From a virus (Duplodnaviria > Caudoviricetes), in IMG/VR virus record IMGVR_UViG_3300020046_010243, positions 1 through 64,000 of that record: DNA of 64,000 nt; one strand, written 5' to 3'. The notes under the pieces were generated by a model. It was not told where the DNA came from. It saw nothing but the letters and a program-made list of their open reading frames with translations, and ran no database searches. Position 1 is the stretch's first letter. The number at the start of each line of letters is the position of its first letter. A program made the translations under genes and the position numbers. Below are positions 1 through 8,451 of this stretch, in pieces.

Positions 1-75
1 ACGTCACGATACTGAGGGCGTGCGCGCGAAATTTTGCAGGTCCCCCCCGGGTGCGTGCCCCGGGGTGGCCATCGA
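1..75 (-). other. possible cos/packaging-proximal sequence
   Basis: minus strand reads CCCCGGGGCACGCACCCGGGGGGGACCTGCAAAATTTCGCGCGC at the 3' end of the HNH gene, where cos sites usually lie in HK97-like phages. Confidence 0.3.
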
Positions 76-912
76 GGACCGGTACTCGTCCCACCACGCG
101 AACGCGGCCCGCATCAGTCGCTCGTACTGGCCGACGCGACGTGGGTCGTTCTGGATCCGGCGGGCGCATTCCTCGTAGGGAGTTTCGAGCAGCACGATGT
201 GCCCGCCCAACATCGAAGCCCAGTACTCGCGCTCCTCGGCGGTAGGCGCACTGACGATGAACCATGCATGCCGGTGAATGGTATCCCGTGACAGGTCACG
301 CAGGCGTCGGTTGCGCTCATCGAGTGCGGGTGCGACCCAACGCGACTCGGCCTGGTAGATCGGCTGCCGCGACAACTCGGCCTTGATATCGTCGAGGTCG
401 ATGACTACATCGCCCTCTCGCGCGCGCTCGCGCACATACGACGACTTACCGCTACCAGCAGCACCGCATACGATCGTGATGGGAATCGCTGACCGAGGGA
501 GAGAGGGTCGACGTCGCGCTGCTGCCTGCTCAGCGAACTCAGCGTCATTGTGCCATGACTCACGAGAGCCCTGTCGCTTCTCGCCTGCCGACTTGATGTC
601 ATGACAATCCTTGCATAGCGCCTGAGTGTTGCTCTCCTCGTCGACTCCTCCTTGTGCGAGCGGGATGGTATGGTCGCGGATGGTAGCGAGGCTGACGCGA
701 CCGACTCGCTCACACAGCACACACAGGGGTTGCCGCTCGAACAGCGACCGACGTGCGGCCTCATACGCGGCGCCCTTGATGGTGCGCTTCTCGTGCGCGC
801 CCCACGGCGCCCACTTGGGTTTGTGCAGGTCACAGTGCACCTGGCGCGCCTTACCGACTACCTTTGTCTGGCAACCGGGGTGACGGCAGATTGTCGGTGG
901 GCGCTGCGGCAT
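4..912 (-). CDS. HNH endonuclease (HK97 gp74-like) fused to a C-terminal P-loop NTPase/kinase domain
   Basis: CVLC...DHTIPLAQGG..NTQALCKDCHDIKS HNH motif; then VCGAAGSGKS Walker A and DVVIDLD. Confidence 0.85.
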   Translation of the reverse strand: MPQRPPTICRHPGCQTKVVGKARQVHCDLHKPKWAPWGAHEKRTIKGAAYEAARRSLFERQPLCVLCERVGRVSLATIRDHTIPLAQGGVDEESNTQALCKDCHDIKSAGEKRQGSRESWHNDAEFAEQAAARRRPSLPRSAIPITIVCGAAGSGKSSYVRERAREGDVVIDLDDIKAELSRQPIYQAESRWVAPALDERNRRLRDLSRDTIHRHAWFIVSAPTAEEREYWASMLGGHIVLLETPYEECARRIQNDPRRVGQYERLMRAAFAWWDEYRSSMATPGHAPGGDLQNFARTPSVS

Positions 913-1148
913 GGTCGACTGTTACTGACTGTTCCTGTTGGGTCGGTTCGGTAGCACAATGTCGCGATTAGAGCGCACTACCGGTTGACTTTGCAATACC
1001 TGATTCCCCTCCCCACTCCCTGCGTGCACCGACTCCCGACTCCTTCCCATTCCCGTCGACGGAAGGTTGCGGGTGCAGGGCGCTTCGTGGCGCCGCCAAT
1101 CGCGCATCAGGTACGATGCGCTGCGCTAATCGAAAAAGGACACAGTAG

Positions 1149-1213
1149 AAAAAATGCGCAGTAGAAGCTAGCCCCTTTGGGGCTAAGCTAGCTACTCTAC
1201 TGCGCAATTTTTT
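1149..1213. repeat. 65-bp imperfect inverted repeat in non-coding DNA
   Basis: AAAAAATGCGCAGTAGA-AGCTAGC...GCTAGCT-AC-TCTACTGCGCAATTTTTT with inner AGCCCC-TTT-GGGGCT. Confidence 0.85.
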
Positions 1214-1831
1214 ACCGTGCCCATTTACGAACCGCGCAGTGCAGCGTACGCCCCTCGGGCACGCTGACGCGCTAATGTCGCGCCTCTTCGCTCTAAAGCC
1301 CTGCACCAATCACGACAACCTGCGGGCCTCTGCGCTCGGGGCTTTGCGCTCTTGATCGATGCAGCAGATGTTCCCTTATCGATCCCGCGCTACCCACGTC
1401 AGAGACTGCGACATTTATATGTGGGTGCTTATCTCGAAAGGCAGCACTGATGCGCAGTAATGCGCAGCGCGCAAGAGTGCGACATTGACAGAGATATGCG
1501 CACAGATCGAACCGCCGCGCAGCAGTCATGCAGGGGCATGGGGTGGTCGGTCGACGATAGTCGGGGTGCATGGAATCTCGGTTGCATGATAAGGAGTTAG
1601 ACCAAAACCTGTATCAGAAATCCCGATTCAGTAGACAAAAAAGGGGGCGATGAGCAGGCGTCCCGGCCCACCCACCGCCTCCCGGCATCGCTGCCTCCCA
1701 CTCCCGACTTCGCCGTTTTACGTCCCTGTGCCGGTCTCTGGTATACCCACAGGCTCATCTGCGAGGCTTAGGAATCTCTTCCCTCCTCGAGCGCGGCGAA
1801 CGCTCGCATGGGCCCGCCATGCATCGGTTTA

Positions 1832-2047
1832 CTACCCTTCCTTGCTCGCGCTACCGATGCGCATCGCCTGCCCGTTCGGGCAAATGCAGTAGTGCGCACC
1901 ACCCACTCGCAGACCGGTCGGCGACCGCACAGCCTCGGTATGGATGATCCCCGAGTTGCCGCACAGGACGCAGATCGTCAAGCCAGGGTGAACGTAGTAC
2001 GCCGACCAGTAGTCGACTACCGCCTCGTTCCAGGGACCCGTGCTCAT
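1832..2047 (-). CDS. small Zn-ribbon-like hypothetical protein
   Basis: CVLCGNSG...CICPNG; overlaps the stop of the upstream ORF. Confidence 0.65.
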   Translation of the reverse strand: MSTGPWNEAVVDYWSAYYVHPGLTICVLCGNSGIIHTEAVRSPTGLRVGGAHYCICPNGQAMRIGSASKEG

Positions 2048-2289
2048 CGCTCCTTACTCCCGATTGCGCTCCCGCTGAGCTTACTGTCGGGCAGCAACGA
2101 TTGCGGCATACTCTTCGACGCGACTCGCACAGCGACTCGCCCGACCCGCCAGAAGATGAGGTCCGGGAACTGCTGGCACAGGTTCGAGACCACCGCATCG
2201 ATGAAGCATTCCGCGGTAGTGGGTGATGGGAAGCAAAGCGCTGCCTTCTCGACCGCCTCCGCGACCTTCAATGCATTGGCGACTTTCAT
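2044..2289 (-). CDS. hypothetical protein
   Basis: 4-bp start/stop overlaps with both neighbours. Confidence 0.6.
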   Translation of the reverse strand: MKVANALKVAEAVEKAALCFPSPTTAECFIDAVVSNLCQQFPDLIFWRVGRVAVRVASKSMPQSLLPDSKLSGSAIGSKER

Positions 2290-3071
2290 ATTGCCTCCGC
2301 GCCATACAGCGGGTTGACTTCGATCCTCGGCATGCGGCTCAGCGCCCGCACCGTATCGATTTGATGCAGCGGAACCGTCCGGGCGCCGATCTGCATGGAC
2401 TCGGCCAGCGAGAGTTCCCCCGCGCCCGAATCGAAAATGCTCTTCGTCGCCGCGCGATACCGCTCCCCGAGTATCTTGTAGTTGAGCACCGTGATCGTCG
2501 GGTCGAACACCATCGAGGCCTCCATCAGCAGGTCATGTTCGAAGACCGCGACTCGCTTCACCGCCGCAAAGGGGATCCGCCCGCGATACCCGACCGTCCC
2601 GAGGCCCCGCAGACTGATCTCTGCTGCGAACCAGTGCGCATGTTCGCGGAACCACATCGTGCGTCGCTTCATGTCGTTGGTCTTGCTGAGCCAGCCCGGC
2701 GTATGCGGGACATGCATTCCTCGGCTCGCCTGCTCGAGGAAATCCTCGTCGGGGACGAAGCGCTCGGGATCCAGCATGCTGGTATCGATCTCCAGCACCG
2801 CACCTCCCTCGTGCTCCTGCTCTGCTGTGAAGGCGAAGTACATCGCATAGGAGTCGGTGAGGTAGACCGTCTGCTCATTGCTCCCGATGGTATGCTCCCA
2901 GTTGTTCTTCGTCCCGCCGCCCCTGGGGAGGAGGCCTTTTTCGGCTATGGTGGGCAGCGACGCTGCACTCGTCCCGTGATAGAGCACCGGGAACTCGTGC
3001 GAGAACATCGACTTCATCCGCATCGCCTTCTCGACTTCCTCACTTACTGCATGCTGCGCTACGTTGTTCAT
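2286..3071 (-). CDS. ADP-ribosyltransferase-fold protein (H-Y clade, KptA/Tpt1/PARP-like)
   Basis: LYHGTS..SLPTIAEKGLLP...VYLTDS.AMYFA...AVLEID pattern. Confidence 0.6.
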   Translation of the reverse strand: MNNVAQHAVSEEVEKAMRMKSMFSHEFPVLYHGTSAASLPTIAEKGLLPRGGGTKNNWEHTIGSNEQTVYLTDSYAMYFAFTAEQEHEGGAVLEIDTSMLDPERFVPDEDFLEQASRGMHVPHTPGWLSKTNDMKRRTMWFREHAHWFAAEISLRGLGTVGYRGRIPFAAVKRVAVFEHDLLMEASMVFDPTITVLNYKILGERYRAATKSIFDSGAGELSLAESMQIGARTVPLHQIDTVRALSRMPRIEVNPLYGAEAI

Positions 3072-3100
3072 GACTTTCCTTTCGGTGATGGTAGGTACTG

Positions 3101-3460
3101 CTAGCGACCGCCGATTTTCTCAGCGATTTTCTTGAGGATGTCCTTGCGGATCAACTTCTCTGCCGGAGACCGCTCCCCGAGACCGAAGGGCAACTCAGCA
3201 TCGCGGTCAACTTCATCCGGGTCGCCCGGCGGCGCGAGTGGAATCAACTCGCTATGCTCGGCGACCCAAGTGCTCTCCGGGTTCCAGGCGTTGAGCGGCG
3301 GAGTGCGGCCCTTGATTTCATAGACTGGGCTGCAGTGAATGCGCCCCGAACCATACCAATGCGTCTCGGTCAGCACCGTAGTTGTCGTGACGATCTCCCC
3401 CGTCAACGGGTGATTGTGCACCCCGCTGACCAGACAGACCGTACCGATTTTCAAGCTCAT
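3101..3460 (-). CDS. hypothetical protein (start MSLKIG)
   Basis: AAAGGAGG RBS before ATG at 3460. Confidence 0.7.
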   Translation of the reverse strand: MSLKIGTVCLVSGVHNHPLTGEIVTTTTVLTETHWYGSGRIHCSPVYEIKGRTPPLNAWNPESTWVAEHSELIPLAPPGDPDEVDRDAELPFGLGERSPAEKLIRKDILKKIAEKIGGR

Positions 3461-3464
3461 AGCA

Positions 3465-3767
3465 CTACCCTCCTTTCGCTGAGCTATCTCGCGGCAGCGC
3501 TTGCCCGCAACACGGGCAGCGACCGTCCTGACCTGTCTCGACCACCCCTTGCAAGGGGGCGCGACGGGGCGGGGGCAGGTCATGCCCGACTTCGACCGAC
3601 TGCCCCGTGTTCTTCGCCTTGATGCGCACGGTCGCCCGACGCACAAACTCATCGCGCGCTGTCGAGGTGTAGAAGCGGTACCGACCGCCATAGGTGCTTG
3701 GAGTCGGTGCTTCGCTGATGAGCGCCCAGTAGAGCGGAGGCGCTCCGGGCTTGCGTCGCTCGGTCAT
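3465..3767 (-). CDS. hypothetical protein with C-terminal CPCCG knuckle
   Basis: ORF track; coupled to neighbours. Confidence 0.6.
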   Translation of the reverse strand: MTERRKPGAPPLYWALISEAPTPSTYGGRYRFYTSTARDEFVRRATVRIKAKNTGQSVEVGHDLPPPRRAPLQGVVETGQDGRCPCCGQALPRDSSAKGG

Positions 3768-3955
3768 CCGAATCTCCTGTAGCAGCGGATTGCGGCCTCG
3801 TTCGCCTGTTCGATCAGGATGTGCAGGAGGTCGCTCTTCAAGGGCGCCGCGAGCTTCGCGACGACCCGGGGAGCGACCGGCATGCTGCCATCCGCATTGA
3901 TAACGACTACCGCATCATCGACCAATGCATAACGCAGTGGGATGCTTCTGTCCAT
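3764..3955 (-). CDS. hypothetical protein (start MDRSIP)
   Basis: AGAAAGGAA RBS before ATG at 3955. Confidence 0.65.
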   Translation of the reverse strand: MDRSIPLRYALVDDAVVVINADGSMPVAPRVVAKLAAPLKSDLLHILIEQANEAAIRCYRRFG

Positions 3956-3983
3956 GACTGAATTCCTTTCTAAGGCAACCGGC

Positions 3984-4148
3984 TCAACCGCGCCGGTACT
4001 CGTACGCGGGAGCCTGCCGCGCCAGGTAGAACGCACCGACCATCGCGACGAGCGAAGTCCCGCCCATGAACGATGAGTGCGCATAGCCAAACCAGAGGAC
4101 CGCATTGATCCCCCACGCTACTGCGTTGACCGCATGCAAGAAGCGCAT
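3984..4148 (-). CDS. 54-aa two-TM membrane protein, absent from the ORF track
   Basis: manual translation MRFLHAVNAVAWGINAVLWFGYAHSSFMGGTSLVAMVGAFYLARQAPAYEYRRG; GGGAG RBS. Confidence 0.65.
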   Translation of the reverse strand: MRFLHAVNAVAWGINAVLWFGYAHSSFMGGTSLVAMVGAFYLARQAPAYEYRRG

Positions 4149-4181
4149 ATCTGTACTCCCTCATGGTGATCCCTGCAAAGC

Positions 4182-4211
4182 GCAGGAGAGAAGGGCGAAA
4201 GCCCCTCTCCT
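4182..4211 (-). repeat. intergenic hairpin, family 2 copy 1
   Basis: + strand GCAGGAGAGAAGGGCGAAAGCCCCTCTCCT; near-identical to 6980-7009. Confidence 0.75.
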
Positions 4212-4227
4212 CTGACCTCTGCTGTCG

Positions 4228-4509
4228 CTAGCCTCTACCGTTCCTCTCATGCTCGGGCGCATCTTCGACTTCGATGCCGATGTCGCCCTTTTCGACCGGG
4301 ATCACCAAACGCACCGCGCGCTCGCTCCATGCGCTCCAGATCGCCTGCCAAGCAATCCAGAGTTCGCCATCAAGTTCGCAGGCCGCGCGACTGATGCGCC
4401 CAAGCTCGACCGCATCCGCCATCGTGTCGGTCGCCGCGAAATATGCGAGCAACCACTCCCCTTCCGCGCGCAGCGCAATGCGGAAGACCTTGACGGGTTT
4501 CTCGCTCAT
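4228..4509 (-). CDS. hypothetical protein (start MSEKPV)
   Basis: GAGGAG RBS; overlaps upstream stop. Confidence 0.65.
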   Translation of the reverse strand: MSEKPVKVFRIALRAEGEWLLAYFAATDTMADAVELGRISRAACELDGELWIAWQAIWSAWSERAVRLVIPVEKGDIGIEVEDAPEHERNGRG

Positions 4510-4868
4510 CGCTCCTCCTCGGGAAGCAGACTGACGAGGAACGCATGCTCGTCGATGGCCGCTTGTTGGGTCTGCGGACCGAAGACCGCCTTGGTATAGA
4601 AGAGCGTCACGCCCGTAAGCTTGCGGGATTCGGACTGAATCGCCTTGCTCCATTTGGTATAGGGCGTCCCCAAGCAGTTGGGGCGACCGCTTGCCTGCCT
4701 CACCGGACACCCATCGCAGAAGTAGTTCCGACCTTTCCACCAGTCGGGATTGAAAAACTTCCTGCACAGCGGGCAGTTATCGGTCCCGCGGTCGACTTCC
4801 TTCCCGACCACGATGCGCTCCCACTTCGTGATGCTGCCTCGGAGCGCCTTGAGCGTTGCTTTGTTCAT
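4506..4868 (-). CDS. hypothetical protein with Cys motifs (CPLC, CDGCP, C)
   Basis: GGAGG RBS; start MNKATL. Confidence 0.7.
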   Translation of the reverse strand: MNKATLKALRGSITKWERIVVGKEVDRGTDNCPLCRKFFNPDWWKGRNYFCDGCPVRQASGRPNCLGTPYTKWSKAIQSESRKLTGVTLFYTKAVFGPQTQQAAIDEHAFLVSLLPEEER

Positions 4869-5263
4869 GGGTTCACCTCCATCCAGTGCATGAAGAGCAG
4901 CGCCAGCACGCGCGCCTGCTCGCATTTGCGCCGATCTGGGTCGAACTCATACTCCTCGTCATAGTCGAACCAGTAGGCGGGTCGCCAGCGAGGATCGTAG
5001 CTCGGCTGGAACTCCTGATTGAACTGCATGTGCGAATCGAGGCTACGCTGCTCGAATCCACGTCGCACCGCGCCATCGATATCGAAATAGGAAGCTCCGA
5101 ACGCTTCGGCCTGACGCGCCCGCCATGCTTCGGTGAGCGCATCGCAGCAACCATAGACCGAAAGCTCGCGCGCACCATAGTAAAGGCTCGCGCCGTCGCT
5201 GATGAGTTCGCCTTCGGCCGCCGGGAGCAACTGCGCCGCCTCGAGCCAGATGGAAGTCTTCAT
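4865..5263 (-). CDS. hypothetical protein
   Basis: coupled overlaps with neighbours. Confidence 0.65.
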   Translation of the reverse strand: MKTSIWLEAAQLLPAAEGELISDGASLYYGARELSVYGCCDALTEAWRARQAEAFGASYFDIDGAVRRGFEQRSLDSHMQFNQEFQPSYDPRWRPAYWFDYDEEYEFDPDRRKCEQARVLALLFMHWMEVNP

Positions 5264-5595
5264 GCGCCCCTCCCATCCCGCAGCGACCGACCTTCGCCCT
5301 CTGCGCTGACCGGGCGCCGCGAGCGCTCCTCCGCGCGCAACTGCGCCTCCTTCTTGATTTCGATACCGCTGACCTTCTTCTTGTAGGTCGCGATGAGCTT
5401 CCCCCGGGTCGCATCGATGACTTCGACCGTGCGCCCGATTTTGGTATCGCGTCGGCAGATGACTACCGCAGCGTCATGGCAGTTCTCCAGCCACCGGTAG
5501 TAACTACCAGGCATCCCCACCTGCTTGTGCGGATCGAAGAGTCGATATGGCCGCAGGGTCTCCCGGTCCTTCTTGATTTCGGTTCTCGGCTTCAT
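5260..5595 (-). CDS. hypothetical basic protein
   Basis: coupled overlaps. Confidence 0.65.
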   Translation of the reverse strand: MKPRTEIKKDRETLRPYRLFDPHKQVGMPGSYYRWLENCHDAAVVICRRDTKIGRTVEVIDATRGKLIATYKKKVSGIEIKKEAQLRAEERSRRPVSAEGEGRSLRDGRGA

Positions 5596-5864
5596 TTTCC
5601 TAACATCCTTTCTCTGATTTTCTGGTGCAGCGACTGTGCCGCACCGATGTGCGAATGCGCCTGTTGCTTGACGTCATCCGCATGCTTGAAATCCTGTGCC
5701 CGCTTGCTCGCGCGCGCGACCAGCAATGCATCCTGAATGCTTTTCTGCTCACCTTGGATGTAGTAGCGAATCGCGCGCTGCATCAAGCCCAACTCCCCCG
5801 CGGTAAGATCGAGTGCGACCGTGGGGAATGTGACCGCCTCAGCGGCCGGTGGGTTCGATTCCAT
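5592..5864 (-). CDS. hypothetical helical protein
   Basis: AAGGAG RBS; coupled overlap. Confidence 0.65.
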   Translation of the reverse strand: MESNPPAAEAVTFPTVALDLTAGELGLMQRAIRYYIQGEQKSIQDALLVARASKRAQDFKHADDVKQQAHSHIGAAQSLHQKIRERMLGK

Positions 5865-6123
5865 ACAACTCCTTCTCGCTCAATGGCGCGATGACCCGCA
5901 CCGGTTCCGCATGCATCGGGACCGCCTCATGCAAGCGGCAGTCGGCGAGCGCTTCATCGTAGGCGCGGTATGCGTTGGCGAGGTCTTCCCTCGCCTTCTC
6001 GACCGCTCCCTTGCTGAAACTCAGCGACAGAGCGCAGCGTTGCAAGTGCATGTAGCGCAGCGTCTCCATCAACTCGGCCAGATGATGGCGCAGGAACAGG
6101 ACCGCCTTCACCCTGGCGCTCAT
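5839..6123 (-). CDS. hypothetical protein
   Basis: GGAGG RBS; ORF track. Confidence 0.6.
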   Translation of the reverse strand: MSARVKAVLFLRHHLAELMETLRYMHLQRCALSLSFSKGAVEKAREDLANAYRAYDEALADCRLHEAVPMHAEPVRVIAPLSEKELYGIEPTGR

Positions 6124-6341
6124 GCCTCGTCCTCCTTCGCCAGAGCCGTCCGCGCCATGCAGGGCGCGCAGGAGTAGATGCCGACCGAGGGATCGCAGTC
6201 GCAGGTCAGCGGCCCATGCTGCTCGACCACATACTCCTGATAGAGCCGCGACAGCGCAGCGACCAGTTCGATATTGCGAGCTTGCAGGGCGCTTATTTCC
6301 TTGCGCGTCTTCGGGCCCATACCCCGTATGACCGTTCTCAT
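6120..6341 (-). CDS. hypothetical protein (CDCDP..CAPC)
   Basis: coupled overlaps; Cys cluster. Confidence 0.6.
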   Translation of the reverse strand: MRTVIRGMGPKTRKEISALQARNIELVAALSRLYQEYVVEQHGPLTCDCDPSVGIYSCAPCMARTALAKEDEA

Positions 6342-6478
6342 TTCACCGCCTCCGCGAAGAGTCCCGGGACGACTCCGGTCACCACCAACAGCAAGATGAC
6401 CAGCACGGTGAAGACCACCGCCCGGTCGCCGATCAGATCAGCATTGATCCGCTGCCACCAACTCTCGTCATGCTTCAT
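6338..6478 (-). CDS. 46-aa single-TM protein, absent from the ORF track
   Basis: manual translation MKHDESWWQRINADLIGDRAVVFTVLVILLLVVTGVVPGLFAEAVK; AGAAAGGAA RBS. Confidence 0.65.
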   Translation of the reverse strand: MKHDESWWQRINADLIGDRAVVFTVLVILLLVVTGVVPGLFAEAVK

Positions 6479-6746
6479 GCTTGTTCCTTTCTGGGTTGAG
6501 TAGTGCGAACGATCCCCGCAGAAATATCGCGGAGAGCGTCAGGTCGCTGCGGCTCAACCGGTTCAGAAATCCTTTCCGGCTGAGCCCAGCGTCGAACAGC
6601 ATCGCATCGACCTCCTGCGAGACGACCCCGACTGCATGCGCGATATCTTCCTCGCTGAAGTAGGGCTCCCCTCTCATTAGGTCGAGGTCGACCAGCACAT
6701 ACGCGACCCGCGACGCTAAGTTCTTGAACTCGACATCGATCATCAT
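6468..6746 (-). CDS. hypothetical protein (start MMIDVE)
   Basis: 3' part of ORF 6468..6911. Confidence 0.55.
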   Translation of the reverse strand: MMIDVEFKNLASRVAYVLVDLDLMRGEPYFSEEDIAHAVGVVSQEVDAMLFDAGLSRKGFLNRLSRSDLTLSAIFLRGSFALLNPERNKHEA

Positions 6747-6747
6747 G

Positions 6748-6942
6748 TCACGCAGCAAGCTTGATCCGACCGCACTTGCAGCACCGTAGCACGGGGCTCT
6801 CCGGCCGAATCTTGAGGTATGCGGGATGCTGCTCGTACTGCTCGTGCCCGCATGCTTGCTGCACTGCGTCGATGTCGCGCCGTAAGATGTTCTGCGCTTT
6901 CGTAATCGCATCGACGACCTCCAGCATTTCGATTGCGTTCAT
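6748..6942 (-). CDS. hypothetical protein with CGH...CCKCG
   Basis: AAAGGAG RBS. Confidence 0.6.
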   Translation of the reverse strand: MNAIEMLEVVDAITKAQNILRRDIDAVQQACGHEQYEQHPAYLKIRPESPVLRCCKCGRIKLAA

Positions 6943-6979
6943 CGGAACCACTCCTTTTGCTGAGTCCTGCCTTCAACGC

Positions 6980-7009
6980 GCAGGAGAGAGGAGCCGAAGC
7001 CCCTCTCCT
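6980..7009 (-). repeat. intergenic hairpin, family 2 copy 2 (C-UUCG-G loop in mRNA sense)
   Basis: + strand GCAGGAGAGAGGAGCCGAAGCCCCTCTCCT. Confidence 0.75.
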
Positions 7010-7019
7010 ATGCGTGCTG

Positions 7020-7313
7020 CTACTCGAGCAACCCATGATTCTTGATGCACTGAATCACATCATCGGGCAACTTCCCCGCCGACTCCTTCTCGACGAGGAA
7101 GAAGCACGACTCCTCGTCGTTCGCGAAGGTCCCCATCGGCCTGTCGAGCATCGGCCTGTCGATCGTCAACTCCTCGACCGACGAGCCGCATGGCACGATC
7201 GCGCTGTGCGCATTCGGATGCGCGACGACCACGAGATAGTGGTCGGGCACGTTCTCCAGAGCAGCACGCAGTGCGCTGACCGTCATGCTCTTCCCTGCCT
7301 TCTTGAAATCCAT
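7020..7313 (-). CDS. hypothetical protein (start MDFKKA)
   Basis: AGGAGAGAG RBS. Confidence 0.65.
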   Translation of the reverse strand: MDFKKAGKSMTVSALRAALENVPDHYLVVVAHPNAHSAIVPCGSSVEELTIDRPMLDRPMGTFANDEESCFFLVEKESAGKLPDDVIQCIKNHGLLE

Positions 7314-7329
7314 TGCTCTCTCTCCTCTC

Positions 7330-7731
7330 TCAGAACTTCGCCCGCACGCTGATGCTGCGCTCGAACGTCTCGGTGCGGGTGCCGTCGGGGTAGACCGCAT
7401 AGAGCTTCGTGCCCATGCGGCCCTTCGCATCGTTGAAGACCGGCGAGCGACTGAGGAAGATGCAGACATTCCCGCTCTCGCGGTGCTGCCGCAACTTGTC
7501 CCAGACTCTCGCCCCTTGCGCGCGCAGATCGGCGAGCACTTTCGCCTGCTGCGGCGTGATGCGGTCGAGCGCCGCATAGTAGCGCGCGTTCTGCGACTCG
7601 CGCCTCGCTGCCCTGCGCTCCTGCTGCGCGCGCTGCTGCGCCTTCAGCGCGTCGGGCGTGGTGTTGAGACTCTGGGCGACGATCGCCCAAAGCTCATTGA
7701 CGAAATCCTCTTCGCTTCGCTCTGTAGTCAT
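7330..7731 (-). CDS. hypothetical protein (start MTTERS)
   Basis: GAGGAGG RBS. Confidence 0.7.
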   Translation of the reverse strand: MTTERSEEDFVNELWAIVAQSLNTTPDALKAQQRAQQERRAARRESQNARYYAALDRITPQQAKVLADLRAQGARVWDKLRQHRESGNVCIFLSRSPVFNDAKGRMGTKLYAVYPDGTRTETFERSISVRAKF

Positions 7732-7741
7732 CGCTTCCTCC

Positions 7742-8119
7742 TCAGATGTAGCGCGACAGCGGGCCCATCGGGTCCTCGACATCGAACCGATGCAGCCGAC
7801 CATAGGCCGCATCGAACTGTTCGATCGTCATCCCGATGCGCTCCTGCCATTCGAGCACCGCGTAGTTGCAGCAGTCGGGCTCGGCGCCCGACTCGGCGAC
7901 CTTGCGATCGTTGATGTAGAACCGGGAGTAACCCAACGCACCCTGGCGGAGCACGAACCGGCTGCCGTTGTAGACCACCGCGCGCTCCTGCCATGAGTAC
8001 GGGTCGTGCGAGCAGCCCTCGCTCCCCTCCCGCAGCACCAACGTGCGGTGAAAGACCGGGAGACCTTCCATGCAAAGCCGCGGCGTGCGCGGTTGCTTTC
8101 CTACTTGTTTCGCTTCCAT
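7742..8119 (-). CDS. hypothetical protein
   Basis: AGAAAGGAA RBS. Confidence 0.7.
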   Translation of the reverse strand: MEAKQVGKQPRTPRLCMEGLPVFHRTLVLREGSEGCSHDPYSWQERAVVYNGSRFVLRQGALGYSRFYINDRKVAESGAEPDCCNYAVLEWQERIGMTIEQFDAAYGRLHRFDVEDPMGPLSRYI

Positions 8120-8130
8120 GATTTTCCTTT

Positions 8131-8361
8131 CTATCGGATCAGTTTAAGAGCGCGCAACTTCGCGCGAAGCTCGACCCAGTCCGCTTGGCTCTTGCTGCCG
8201 ATGAGTGCGGTCGGGATCCCGCCGGCGAACCCGGCGCAGTAGAGCGAGTAGCGGCGGCTGCGCATCTTCTCCACCGCCTCGATGACCGTCTCGACCATCA
8301 CGCCTTTGCAGCGCAGGCATGAGACGTCCTTCACTACTGGGAATTGCTTGCGATCAATCAT
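8131..8361 (-). CDS. hypothetical protein with CLRC..C
   Basis: AGAAAGGAAGGAA RBS; preceded by a degenerate leader element. Confidence 0.7.
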   Translation of the reverse strand: MIDRKQFPVVKDVSCLRCKGVMVETVIEAVEKMRSRRYSLYCAGFAGGIPTALIGSKSQADWVELRAKLRALKLIR

Positions 8362-8382
8362 GCTGTTCCTTCCTTTCTAGAA

Positions 8383-8431
8383 CCGCCCACCCAATGCGGG
8401 CGGGTCAGGGCTCATCGCTGAACCCTGACCC
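8383..8431 (-). promoter_or_regulatory. double-hairpin leader element (degenerate copy)
   Basis: CCGCCC/GGGCGG and GGGTCAGGG/CCCTGACCC stems next to the CTAGAAAGGAA RBS. Confidence 0.6.
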
Positions 8432-8451
8432 ACTGCACTGCTACGACCTCT

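Noticed and set aside
1485-1515. TTGACA as a promoter -35 box
   Set aside because: No acceptable -10 hexamer at 16-18 bp.
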